Shown piece by piece: positions 49,495 through 61,049 of a DNA stretch of 64,000 bases; within the stretch, counting starts at the first letter, position 1, and each line of letters starts with the position of its first letter. This stretch comes from Gemmatimonas sp. (lineage in GTDB: Bacteria; Pseudomonadota; Alphaproteobacteria; SMXQ01): the NCBI GenBank assembly GCA_050260515.1, contig JBLNCI010000043.1:173245-237244 (forward strand), written 5' to 3'. The notes under the pieces are model-generated. The model saw only the letters and a program-made list of their open reading frames with translations. It did not search any database and was not told the DNA's origin. The position numbers and the translations under genes were made by a program.

Positions 49495-50082
49495 GTGGAA
49501 CTGAACGACGAGAAGCGAATCCCCGCGCCGCGCGAGGCGGTGTGGCGGGCGTTGAACGACCCCGAGGTGCTCAAGGCCTGCATCCCCGGCTGCGAGTCGG
49601 TCGATAAGCGCTCGGACACCGAATTCACCGCGCGCGTCGTCGTCGCGGTCGGCCCGGTGAAGGCGAAGTTCACCGGCGAGGTGAACCTCACCGACATCGA
49701 CCCGCCCAACGGCTACACGATCTCGGGCAAGGGCTCGGGCGGCGTCGCCGGCTTCGGCAAGGGCAGCGCCATTGTGAAGCTGCGCGACGAGGGCACCGGC
49801 ACGGTGCTCGCCTACTCCGTCAACGCCAGCGTCGGCGGCAAGCTCGCCCAGATCGGCCAGCGTCTGATCGATTCGACGGCGAAGAAGCTCGCCGACGATT
49901 TCTTCGCCCGCTTCGTCGCCCAGGTCGCGCCGCAGGCCCCGGCCACGCCGCCGCCGACTGCCGCCGCGGCGCCGGCCCCGGCGCCCGCCGCACCCGCCGC
50001 CGTCGTCGAGAGGGGCTGGCTCAAGGTGCTCGCCGTCGCTGCGGCGGGATTCGCCGCGCTCTGGTACATTGCGCACCGCTAA
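49495..50082 (+). CDS. coxG: CoxG (SRPBCC) family protein with C-terminal membrane anchor
   Basis: VW.ALNDPEVLKACIPGC, VGPVKAKF.G, VGGKLAQIG.RLID; GTG start after AGGAG. Confidence 0.88.
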   Translation: MELNDEKRIPAPREAVWRALNDPEVLKACIPGCESVDKRSDTEFTARVVVAVGPVKAKFTGEVNLTDIDPPNGYTISGKGSGGVAGFGKGSAIVKLRDEGTGTVLAYSVNASVGGKLAQIGQRLIDSTAKKLADDFFARFVAQVAPQAPATPPPTAAAAPAPAPAAPAAVVERGWLKVLAVAAAGFAALWYIAHR

Positions 50083-50126
50083 GGGGATACTCCGCACCCG
50101 ATGGTTCGCGCGGAACCGCATTCCGG

Positions 50127-50203
50127 CGTCATTCCCGCGAAAGCGGGAATCCAGAGCCCACGCTGTGCCGCTGCCCTGGACCCCTGCTTTCGCAGGGGTG
50201 ACG
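50127..50203. repeat. Intergenic palindromic repeat, family A
   Basis: cgtcattcccgcgaaagcgggaatccag ... ctggacccctgctttcgcaggggtgacg. Confidence 0.82.
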
Positions 50204-50243
50204 AAAGAGACGTAAGAGACGATTGCTAGGAAGGGACCCGTCC

Positions 50244-50729
50244 GTGAAGAAGAGCGTCACCCTCACCGTCAACGGAAAGCGCGTCAGCGCCGAGGTCGAG
50301 CCGCGCACGCTGCTCGTCAACCTGCTGCGCGACCAGCTCGGGCTCACCGGCACCCACGTCGGCTGCGACACCAGCCAGTGCGGCTGCTGCAACGTCCACT
50401 ACAACGGCAAGGCGGTGAAGAGCTGCACCATCCTCGCCGTGCAGGCCGACGGCGGCGACGTCGTCACGATCGAGGGCCTGGCGCCGTCCGACGACAAGCT
50501 GCACCCGATGCAGGAGGCGTTCCGTGAGCACCACGGCCTGCAGTGCGGCTTCTGCACCCCGGGCATGGTGATGGTCGCGGTCGACATCGCCCGCCGGCTG
50601 CCGAACGCCGACGAGAAGACGGTGCGCCACGAGCTCGAGGGCAACATCTGCCGCTGCACCGGCTACGAGGGCATCGTCGACGCGATCCTCGACGGCTCGA
50701 AGAAGATGCAGGCCCAGAAGAACGCCTGA
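50244..50729 (+). CDS. (2Fe-2S) small subunit, CoxS/CutS-like
   Basis: [34 protein letters not shown]. Confidence 0.92.
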   Translation: MKKSVTLTVNGKRVSAEVEPRTLLVNLLRDQLGLTGTHVGCDTSQCGCCNVHYNGKAVKSCTILAVQADGGDVVTIEGLAPSDDKLHPMQEAFREHHGLQCGFCTPGMVMVAVDIARRLPNADEKTVRHELEGNICRCTGYEGIVDAILDGSKKMQAQKNA

Positions 50730-50765
50730 GCCGAAGCGACAGCGAAGCCCGAACGGGGAACACAG

Positions 50766-51560
50766 ATGTACGAATTCAACTACCACCGCCCGAAGACGCT
50801 GGCCGAGGCCGCGCAGCTCCTCTCCTCGCTCGACGACCCCAAGGTGCTCGCCGGCGGCATGACGCTGATCCCGACGCTGAAGCAGCGGCTCGCCTCGCCG
50901 TCGGACCTCGTCGACCTGCAGGACATCGGCGAGCTCAAGGGCGTGAAGCGCGAGGGCAACGAGATCGTCATCGGCGCGATGACCCAGCACTGGGACGTCC
51001 ACACCTCGCCCGAGGTGAAGTCGGCGATCCCGGCGCTCGCGTATCTGGCCGGCCTGATCGGCGATCCCAGCGTGCGCCATCGCGGCACGATCGGCGGCTC
51101 GGTCGCCAACTCCGATCCCGCCGCCGACTATCCGTCGGCGGTCTTGGGCCTCGGGGCGACCGTCGTGACGACCAAGCGCAAGATCGCGGCCGACGACTAC
51201 TTCAAGGGCCTGTTCGAGACCGCGCTCGAGCCGGGCGAGATCATCACCTCGATCCGCTTCCCGACGCCCGAGAAGGCCGGCTACCAGAAATTCCCGAACC
51301 AGGCCTCGGGCTACGCCATGGTCGGTGTGTTCGTGGCCAAGACGAAGGGCGGAGTGCGCGTCGCGGTGACCGGCGCGGGGCCGTGCGCGTTCCGCGTGCC
51401 GGCGATGGAGCAGGCGCTGGCGAAGTCGTTCGCGCCCGACGCGGTCGCGACCATCACCATCCCGCACGACAACCTGCTGTCGGACATCCACGGCAGCGCC
51501 GAGTACCGCGCCCACCTCGTCACCGTGATGGCCAAGCGCGCTGTGGCTGACGCTAAGTAG
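50766..51560 (+). CDS. FAD-binding medium subunit, CoxM/CutM-like
   Basis: LAGGMTLIPTLKQRLA, IGDPSVRHRGTIGGS, DPAADYP, SAEYRAHL. Confidence 0.92.
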   Translation: MYEFNYHRPKTLAEAAQLLSSLDDPKVLAGGMTLIPTLKQRLASPSDLVDLQDIGELKGVKREGNEIVIGAMTQHWDVHTSPEVKSAIPALAYLAGLIGDPSVRHRGTIGGSVANSDPAADYPSAVLGLGATVVTTKRKIAADDYFKGLFETALEPGEIITSIRFPTPEKAGYQKFPNQASGYAMVGVFVAKTKGGVRVAVTGAGPCAFRVPAMEQALAKSFAPDAVATITIPHDNLLSDIHGSAEYRAHLVTVMAKRAVADAK

Positions 51561-51584
51561 TCGGATAGCGGGCCCATTATATAA

Positions 51585-51614
51585 GAAGAGCCGCAGGGCG
51601 ACCTGCGGCTCTTC
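51585..51614. terminator. Hairpin terminator between the convergent coxM-like and HNH genes
   Basis: gaagagccgcagg-gcga-cctgcggctcttc perfect stem. Confidence 0.75.
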
Positions 51615-51616
51615 GT

Positions 51617-52426
51617 TTATCTCGACTGAGCACTCTTTGATCGCTCGGACCTAACCCTACGCACTATAGCAATCATCTCTTCTTCCATCTTCTTGCCTCG
51701 CACGCCGAAATGGGCCTCGCGATGATCGTTTGGACAAAGCGCGATCACATTATCTACGCGATCGCTACCGTCATTCGCTAACGCAATGATGTGATGGCAC
51801 TCGAGATACGGCGCTCCACTCACCCCTGAAAATCCGTGCTGCCCGCAGTATTCGCATTTCCCTGCAGCACGGAGCAGAACCTGGCTTCGCACTCGTGAGT
51901 CGCGCGCGTATGTCATGCCCGAGGTCGGCACGCGAGGTGGTGCATCGGTCCCAAGATCGTTGATGGCGTCGGAGAATTGATCTGCCGTGGCCTGTGCTCC
52001 CCCCGTGAGAGCAGTTATGGGAACGAGCCTTCTAACGAATGACCAAGCGGCCCGGTTGCCCCTGCCGCTCAGCGCCTTTAGTGCATCGGCAATTGCGTCG
52101 TAGTCGGCCTTGCTAAATTGATACGCCAACGATCGCCTGATAATCGCGTCGCGGTCCTGATGGCTGATACCGTTCCCGGTCCAAGCCTTCCGATTTACCT
52201 GTAACGAGCTCTCGCGAACTTTAACCAAGGCAAGAAGCGGAACCTTAGCCAGTGCAGCGGCAGCGTCGAGGAGGTCGCAAACTTGAGCGACCATCCGGGA
52301 ATTTTTACCTGGGTCGCGGCCAAGTGCTTGAGCTGCCGTTCGGTACGTGAGAAGCGGATCGTTTGGTGACCTCGCCTGAATAATCCGAAGCAGCTTGCGC
52401 GCCACCTTATGCTGAATGTCGCTCAT
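51617..52426 (-). CDS. HNH endonuclease (McrA-type C-terminal domain) with an uncharacterised N-terminal domain
   Basis: RDSRVR..VL.RA.GKCEYC...YLECHHII.LA..G.D.VDNVIALCPNDHREAH; visibly lower GC than the flanks. Confidence 0.85.
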   Translation of the reverse strand: MSDIQHKVARKLLRIIQARSPNDPLLTYRTAAQALGRDPGKNSRMVAQVCDLLDAAAALAKVPLLALVKVRESSLQVNRKAWTGNGISHQDRDAIIRRSLAYQFSKADYDAIADALKALSGRGNRAAWSFVRRLVPITALTGGAQATADQFSDAINDLGTDAPPRVPTSGMTYARDSRVRSQVLLRAAGKCEYCGQHGFSGVSGAPYLECHHIIALANDGSDRVDNVIALCPNDHREAHFGVRGKKMEEEMIAIVRRVRSERSKSAQSR

Positions 52427-52537
52427 GACACTCCTCTCCGTTGAAGCGCCCGCATCAACGACGAGTGCGTCGCCCCCTTATTATCGCACGATTGTTCATC
52501 GAAGCACGATGGGAAGTCCGGCCGTCTCTGTGTGCCC

Positions 52538-54313
52538 CTAAGCTGTCCCGCCGCCGATCCGCCGAACCCGGTCGGCGATGGCGCGCGCGCCGGTGATCAG
52601 CCGCTCCGGCGGCAGCTTCAGCGTGACCTCGGTGCCCTCGCCGACCGCGCTTTCGATCACGAGCTTGCCGCCGTGCAGTTCGGCAAGCGCCTTGGAGAGC
52701 GCAAGCCCGAGCCCGGTTCCCTCGTAGCGGCGATTGAGGCCGCTCTCGACCTGCACGAAGGGACGGGCGATATGGGCCAGCCTGTCGGCCGGGATTCCGA
52801 TTCCCGTGTCCCGGATCCGGATGCACGCCCATCCGTCCTCGGGGGTGAGCGATACCGCCACCTTGCCGCCCCGCGGCGTGAACTTCACCGCATTCGAAAG
52901 CAGGTTGATGATGATCTGCTTGATCTTGCGCTCGTCCGCGCAGACGAGCGGCAGCCGCGGAGACGACATCGTTTCGATGCCGATGTTGCGTTCGCCCGCG
53001 CGACCCTGGACCAGCGCGACGCTCGCCCCGACCACGGCGCGCAAATCCACGTCCGTCTCGTCGAGCTCCATGCGTCCGGCCTCGATCTTCGACACGTCGA
53101 GGATGTCGTTGATGACGCTGAGCAGGTGCAGCCCGCTGTCGTGGATGTCGGCCGCGTAGCCCTTGTACCGGCTGTTGACCATGGGGCCGAAGTGCTCGCC
53201 CGACATGATCTCCGAGAAGCCGATGATCGCGTTCAGAGGCGTGCGAAGCTCATGGCTCATGTTGGCGAGGAACTCGGACTTGGCCCGGCTCGACAGCTCG
53301 GCTTCCTCCTTCGCGGCCATCAGGGCCTGCTCGGACGCCTGAACGATCTCGACCTCCTTCTGAGCGACCGCCAGAGCCTTGGCGTTCTCGGTCGCCCGGA
53401 CGAAGACGAAGCTCGCGGCGCCCGCGCACGCGAGCAGAAACAGCCCGCCGGCGCCGTAGAGCGGCAGTGAACTCCGCCAGGCGGCGAGGATGTCGTCGCT
53501 GCCGTACATCACGGCGACGACCAGCGGATAGTCGGGCACGCGCCGGTACGAACCGACGACGGCGCGCTTGCGCTGCGCCGTGGTTGTGCGGAGCACTCCG
53601 GTCTCCGCCTTCGGAAGAAGGTCGGTGAACAGCAGTCGGTCCGCCAGGGACCGGCCGACGTACCTGTCATGCTCAGGGTAACGCGCGACGATCCGGCCAT
53701 CCGTATCGACCAATGAGATGTTGCCGTTTGCGCCCATGTTGATCGCGCCGTAGAGCGCGACGAAGTAACGGACGTTGACGGCGGTCGCGATGACCACCCT
53801 CAAGCTCCCGTCGGGGTTGTAGACGGCGCGCGTGACCGGAACGAACCACGCGTCGCTGATATCGCCCATCATCAGCGGGCCGAAACGGTTCCCCTCGAGC
53901 GCGCTTTCCGGCTGGCCGACGTATTTCGCGAACCACGGGATCTTCGACCAGTCCCCGAGCCGATCCGCTCGGATCGGCTTCAGCGTCGCGATCGGCTTGC
54001 CGCTGCCGTCGACCACCGCGAACCAAAGAAGCTGCGGGAGATCATGGAGGCGGAGGCGGAGGCGCTGCTCCACCTCGTCGCGCTTGGGGCCGAGCAGGCC
54101 ATCGACGTTGCCCTCGATGACGTCGAGAGCCTCGATAACCGGCTGGATGGTGCGGCTGGTGTGGTCGGCAAAGACGGTCACGAGATTCTGGGTCTCGCGT
54201 GCGGCGTCGTCGATGGCGGCGACATACCAGCGCCATGCATCGAGCGCGAGCGCGGCAATTGCCATCGCCGCAATGCCAAGCGCCACGCAAAGAGCTTTGT
54301 GCCGAACGCTCAC
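52538..54313 (-). CDS. Membrane sensor histidine kinase (Cache-like sensor, PleC/DivJ-type H-box), no PAS domains
   Basis: Two TM segments, FLANMSHELRTPLNAIIGFSE, NLLSNAVKFT, DTGIGI, YEGTGLGL; GTG start uncertain. Confidence 0.9.
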   Translation of the reverse strand: MSVRHKALCVALGIAAMAIAALALDAWRWYVAAIDDAARETQNLVTVFADHTSRTIQPVIEALDVIEGNVDGLLGPKRDEVEQRLRLRLHDLPQLLWFAVVDGSGKPIATLKPIRADRLGDWSKIPWFAKYVGQPESALEGNRFGPLMMGDISDAWFVPVTRAVYNPDGSLRVVIATAVNVRYFVALYGAINMGANGNISLVDTDGRIVARYPEHDRYVGRSLADRLLFTDLLPKAETGVLRTTTAQRKRAVVGSYRRVPDYPLVVAVMYGSDDILAAWRSSLPLYGAGGLFLLACAGAASFVFVRATENAKALAVAQKEVEIVQASEQALMAAKEEAELSSRAKSEFLANMSHELRTPLNAIIGFSEIMSGEHFGPMVNSRYKGYAADIHDSGLHLLSVINDILDVSKIEAGRMELDETDVDLRAVVGASVALVQGRAGERNIGIETMSSPRLPLVCADERKIKQIIINLLSNAVKFTPRGGKVAVSLTPEDGWACIRIRDTGIGIPADRLAHIARPFVQVESGLNRRYEGTGLGLALSKALAELHGGKLVIESAVGEGTEVTLKLPPERLITGARAIADRVRRIGGGTA

Positions 54314-54682
54314 GCCCCACCCCCAACGCTCGTCGGGCCGATGGGCTCGGCATCCGGCGCGCCGTCCCCCGACCCGGAACGGCTGGGTGGCAGCATGAGA
54401 CGTGGTGGTTAATATCTCTGTAAAATGTGCCGGGTCCGGCGCCGCCCTGTAGGGGTCGCGATCGGGGGCGCGCCGCACCGCGCGCGAACGAAGGCCCGGC
54501 CGTCGCAACTCGCCGGGATCCCTGCTCCTCCCTCGCGCCCCAGCAAAGAAGAGTCGCCGCGGCCGTCGTGCGCCTCCCCCCTTGCGCTTTCCGTCGCGGA
54601 CGCTATGAAGACGCGCGCCGGACCGCCGGCGTTCACAGCGGCGCCCTTTCCGCGGCGCCCATCAAGCGTACGAGTTTGCGTC

Positions 54683-55093
54683 ATGTCCCTCGCGATCAAG
54701 CGAACCGAACACGGCCTCGGCCTGTTCGCCACACGCCCCTACGACAAGGGCGAGTACATCATCGAGTACTTCGGCAAGCTGCTTCCCGCCGAGGAGGCGG
54801 ACAGGAGCCGCTCGCGCTACATCTTCGCGCTCACCTCGAAGTGGGCGATCGACGGCACCGACCGCGCCAACGTCGCCCGCTACATCAACCACTCGTGCAA
54901 GCCCAACGTCTACGCCGTCGGCTCGAAGCGCCTGTGGATCCACGCGGCGCGGCGCATCAAGGCGGGCGAGCAACTGACGCTCGACTACGGCGAGGAGTAC
55001 ACGCGGGCCTTCATCCCGGTGTGCAAGTGCGATCACTGCAACGGCACCCCGCGCGGCAAGGCGCGCGCCAACGGCGCGAGGAAGACCGGCTAG
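54683..55093 (+). CDS. SET-domain lysine methyltransferase-like protein
   Basis: HGLGLFA, IIEYFG, ARYINHSCKPN, EQLTLDYG, post-SET CKCDHC. Confidence 0.9.
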   Translation: MSLAIKRTEHGLGLFATRPYDKGEYIIEYFGKLLPAEEADRSRSRYIFALTSKWAIDGTDRANVARYINHSCKPNVYAVGSKRLWIHAARRIKAGEQLTLDYGEEYTRAFIPVCKCDHCNGTPRGKARANGARKTG

Positions 55094-55114
55094 GGTCGAC
55101 GCGCGGGCGCGCCC

Positions 55115-55633
55115 TCACGTCGAGCGCGACGCCTCGGCCTCGCTCGGGATGCGCCCGTCGGGCGTGAGCTTGTCGACGGCGGTCGGCAGCACGGTCTTGA
55201 GCCGGGACAGCAGCTCGTCGCGCGACAGTCCGGTCTGCTGGGTGAGCGCGCCGATCGTGTCCTCGCCGAGCGCCTGCTCGAGCTGCGTCGTGCCGATGTC
55301 CTGGTTGGGCCCGGTGCCGACCCACGACCGCGCGACGTCGCCGTGGCCGCTGCCGGTGAAGCGCTCCACCAGCTCGCCGAGGCCGCCGCTCAGGAGCGCT
55401 CCGGGCGAGCCCGCGCCGAGCAGCCCCGACATTAGGCCACCCTGGCCTCCGCCGCCGAGCAGGCCTTGCAGTCCGCCGGGCGACGCGCCGGCACCGGCAC
55501 CAGCCCCGGAAGCGGGCGAGCCGCTGCGGGCCTGATTGGTGAACTGACCGAGCATATCGCCGAGCCGGTGGCGGTTCTGGTACCCGGCCACGGCCAGCAG
55601 GCCGAGCAGCGCCGTCATGCGCGAAGAGGGCAT
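55115..55633 (-). CDS. YidB/DUF937 family protein
   Basis: GGLGELVERF..SG.GD.ARSWVGTGPN, LP..VDKLTPDGRIP. Confidence 0.9.
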   Translation of the reverse strand: MPSSRMTALLGLLAVAGYQNRHRLGDMLGQFTNQARSGSPASGAGAGAGASPGGLQGLLGGGGQGGLMSGLLGAGSPGALLSGGLGELVERFTGSGHGDVARSWVGTGPNQDIGTTQLEQALGEDTIGALTQQTGLSRDELLSRLKTVLPTAVDKLTPDGRIPSEAEASRST

Positions 55634-55750
55634 GGATCGTCTCCGTGATGGTCGGCTCGGACGCGGAGCCGTCTCACCAACGCGGCGTTCGCGGCGATGT
55701 TCCCGGACGCGGCGGGTCGGGGGCGACGCTCGTAGCCCGTCAGTGACGGC

Positions 55751-58294
<2,544 letters not shown>

Positions 58295-58712
58295 GCCCGC
58301 TCCGACTCTTCTGCGATGCGGCTGCGCCGCGGCCTGCTCTGCCCGTTTTCCGGGCAAGTCCCGGTTGGCAGCATCGCCGCTCCGGGACCAAAATTTGGTA
58401 AATTTTGCTTTACCGGGCGCGCTCTCGCGCGAACGTGAGCCGTTAACCCAGGTTGGGTCGAGGTTGAGGCCGCCGGCGCCCCGCGCCGCTCCGCTCCGGC
58501 CATTCGCTTTGGGCAGGTCTGCTCCGCGACCGCGCAGTCGCGCCGAAGGGACCCCGTTGAATCGCCGACGATTCCCGGCCGTTGGTAAACGTATTAACCT
58601 AAATACCTAAAATTAAAGGCAAATTTCGATTGAGTTCGCGTCAACTCCCCGCGAATCATCTCGCCATTGAGCACGCGTGGCGTGAGCGTGCGTTCAGGGG
58701 AGCATCAAGAAA

Positions 58713-58913
58713 ATGCCTGAGGCCGTCGTCCTGTCGTTCAACACCTACCGCGAGCCCGACACCTTCCACCCGCGCGTGGAGGTCAAGGCGATCGACGTCG
58801 CCACCGCCCAGCCCGTCGTCGAGCTGTCGCTCGGCGAGATGGCCCAGTGGCTGAAGAGCCAGGGCTTCCGCTGGTCGACCGGATCGTCCGGGGTGTGGGA
58901 GCGCGCCGCCTGA
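58713..58913 (+). CDS. Small hypothetical protein (66 aa)
   Basis: GGGGAG RBS, AT-rich upstream region, strong GC3 codon bias. Confidence 0.6.
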   Translation: MPEAVVLSFNTYREPDTFHPRVEVKAIDVATAQPVVELSLGEMAQWLKSQGFRWSTGSSGVWERAA

Positions 58914-59128
58914 CCGCCGGCGACGTGCCGACCCGGCCCGTGTCGACCGGGCCGCGACCGGCGTCGACCCGGCGGGCGTCGCGGCGATCGACGCGGGGGC
59001 GTTCGGCCTGCCGCCGCCCGCGGCGACGGATCCGCGACCTCCCGGAATGCGAGCGGCGCGACGCCGCCGGCGTCCCGGACACCGTCAACAGAACTGTGCA
59101 GTAAGTCCTCCGAAAGAGTCCGAACTCG

Positions 59129-59167
59129 ACCCCGGCGACCTGAACACAGGCGCCGGGGTTCTTGTTT
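59129..59167 (+). terminator. Strong hairpin/terminator in a long intergenic region (possible 3' end of an sRNA)
   Basis: accccggcg-a-cctg-aaca-cagg-cgccggggt followed by tcttgttt. Confidence 0.55.
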
Positions 59168-59178
59168 CGGCCCAACCC

Positions 59179-59233
59179 GCGGACTGACAACCAGCGGACT
59201 GACAACCAGCGGACCGGCAACCCGCGGACCGGC
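59179..59233. repeat. 15-bp tandem repeat (gcggactgacaacca x2 plus two degenerate copies)
   Basis: Directly visible. Confidence 0.8.
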
Positions 59234-59371
59234 GCCGCGCACGGCGACCTCGACGAGCGCCGGGGTTCTTCGCGGCCGCGCCGCCGAGTTTTCCCCAGGC
59301 GAGGCGGCGTAAGTGAAAATCCGCTGGCGCGACGCCGCCCGACCCCGGCTAAAGTGCGCCGGGGTTTCATG

Positions 59372-59635
59372 ATGACCGACGCCATCGCGCGTGTCCGCCA
59401 GGTTCAGGGCGAGTCTCGCCGCGGCATCGCTCGCGGTCGCGGCGCTGACGCCGGCCGCCGCGCACGCCGATGCGATCGGCATCGTCGCGATCGGCGACAG
59501 CAACTTCGATCCGCCCGGCGTGCGCGCCGAGAACTTGTATCCGCCGCAGCTCGAGGCGGCGGCAACGCGGCGGTGGGTATGCGCACGGTGCCGCGGATCG
59601 AACAGCTCATCGAGCGAGTGAGCGCCCGGCGGTGA
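59372..59635 (+). pseudogene. Internally deleted, frameshifted SGNH hydrolase pseudogene (paralog of 59661-60365)
   Basis: MTDAIAR matches MTDTIAR; HADAIGIVAIGDSNFDPPGV..YPPQLEAA matches the intact N-terminus; after a frame change, RTVPRIEQLIERV matches RTLPAIEQLVEQV at the C-terminus. Confidence 0.85.
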
Positions 59636-59660
59636 CCGTACGGGCGAAGGGGAGGAGACG

Positions 59661-60365
59661 ATGACCGACACCATCGCGCGTTTTCGCCGCGTTGCCGCGT
59701 TCACACCGATCGCGTTCGCATTCATCGCGTTCGCAGTGCTCGCGCTGGGCGCGGCGGGCGCCCACGCCGATCCGATCCGCATCGTCGCGATCGGCGACAG
59801 CAACTTCGACCCGCCGGGCGTCGATCCCGACAAGACCTATCCGCCGAAGCTCGAGGCCGCGCTCCGCGCCAAGGGCCACGACGTCGTCGTCGTCAACGCG
59901 GGCCACCGCGGCGACAAGACGCGCGACGTGGTCCATCGCCTCAACCGCGACGTTCCCGAGGGCACCGACATCGCGCTGGTCACCGTCGGCGTCAACGACA
60001 AGGCCGAGAACGTGCCGAGCGACACGATCAACCAGAACCTCACCACGATCGTCCGCCGCCTGCGCGAGCGGAACATCGAGGTGCTGCTGTTCGGCCTCGG
60101 CAATCCCGACGATCCGACGTGCTGCCGCGGCGGCGATCTCGCGAAGATGTACGGCGCGGCGTTCTACCGCCAGTTCCAGGACGGCGTGATCGACGACCCC
60201 GCGCTCCACGTCGAGAAGCAGCGCCCGGCGCCGGGCAGCACGCTCATCAACGGCAGCAAGAGCGCAACCGCCTGGCACCTCAACGCCGCCGGCTACGACG
60301 CCGTGGTCGCGCGCACGCTGCCCGCCATCGAGCAGCTCGTCGAGCAGGTCAAGGCCAAGCGGTGA
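59661..60365 (+). CDS. Secreted SGNH/GDSL hydrolase
   Basis: Signal peptide AHA-DP, IVAIGDSN, NAG..G, GVND, HLNAAGY. Confidence 0.85.
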   Translation: MTDTIARFRRVAAFTPIAFAFIAFAVLALGAAGAHADPIRIVAIGDSNFDPPGVDPDKTYPPKLEAALRAKGHDVVVVNAGHRGDKTRDVVHRLNRDVPEGTDIALVTVGVNDKAENVPSDTINQNLTTIVRRLRERNIEVLLFGLGNPDDPTCCRGGDLAKMYGAAFYRQFQDGVIDDPALHVEKQRPAPGSTLINGSKSATAWHLNAAGYDAVVARTLPAIEQLVEQVKAKR

Positions 60366-60372
60366 GCGTTCG

Positions 60373-60630
60373 GTGACGCTGCGCGCGGTGCTGGGCTGGA
60401 CGACGCGCGCGGCGAACATCGTCGCGCTGACGATGCTCGTCGCGCTCACGCCGCTGCTCATCTTCGTCGGGTATGTGTGGGCGCCGCTCGTCGTGCTGTT
60501 CCTCTGGCTGGCGAGCCACGGTGACTGGCGCAATTACGGGACGCTGCGGCTGGCGTTGAACCTGCCGCTCGCGATCGCCGTCGACAGCGGACTGCTGTGG
60601 GGCCTCGCCCGACTTACCGGCAAGCTGTAG
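60373..60630 (+). CDS. Small membrane protein (85 aa)
   Basis: GTG start 7 bp after the SGNH stop; three hydrophobic stretches. Confidence 0.5.
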   Translation: MTLRAVLGWTTRAANIVALTMLVALTPLLIFVGYVWAPLVVLFLWLASHGDWRNYGTLRLALNLPLAIAVDSGLLWGLARLTGKL

Positions 60631-61049
60631 CGACCGCTGCGCATCGGCAAATTGCGAGCCGCGCGTGTCCGCGGGTTCGACCCGGGCGCCGCACCCGTGC
60701 TAGCCTGCGCGGGTTCGCGATTCGTCGCGGACACCGCACGGGTGGCCTCCGGGCTGCCTTAGGCCTTACGTCGCGTCCGTGGGCGCAAACGCGGGCGTGA
60801 TGAGTGCGGGGCCGTCCGCGGGCCAGCGCGTGGGTCGATCGCCTTCTCTCCCCACCGCCCCCGCGGACGTCCAAACGCCGCGCCCCCGCCGGCAATCCCG
60901 CACCCCCCGCCCGTTAACCCTAACGACCCCCGTCGCGTTAACGATTTCGGCCTCCGAAAACACTGGACGGACGCGTCTGGCCGCTTAGGGTACGCGCCCG
61001 ATAAGGACCGCCCCCGCGCGGAAAGTGGGGGCGGCCGATAGGGAGCGTC

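Noticed and set aside
46928-51560. Aerobic CO dehydrogenase (coxL/G/S/M)
   Set aside because: The active-site loop is TYRGAGR, not the form I AYxCSFR, and the order is L-G-S-M, so CO oxidation is not supported.
59179-59233. Possible CRISPR array
   Set aside because: Contiguous 15-bp units without spacers and no cas genes; the same applies to 62776-62820 and 28045-28082.
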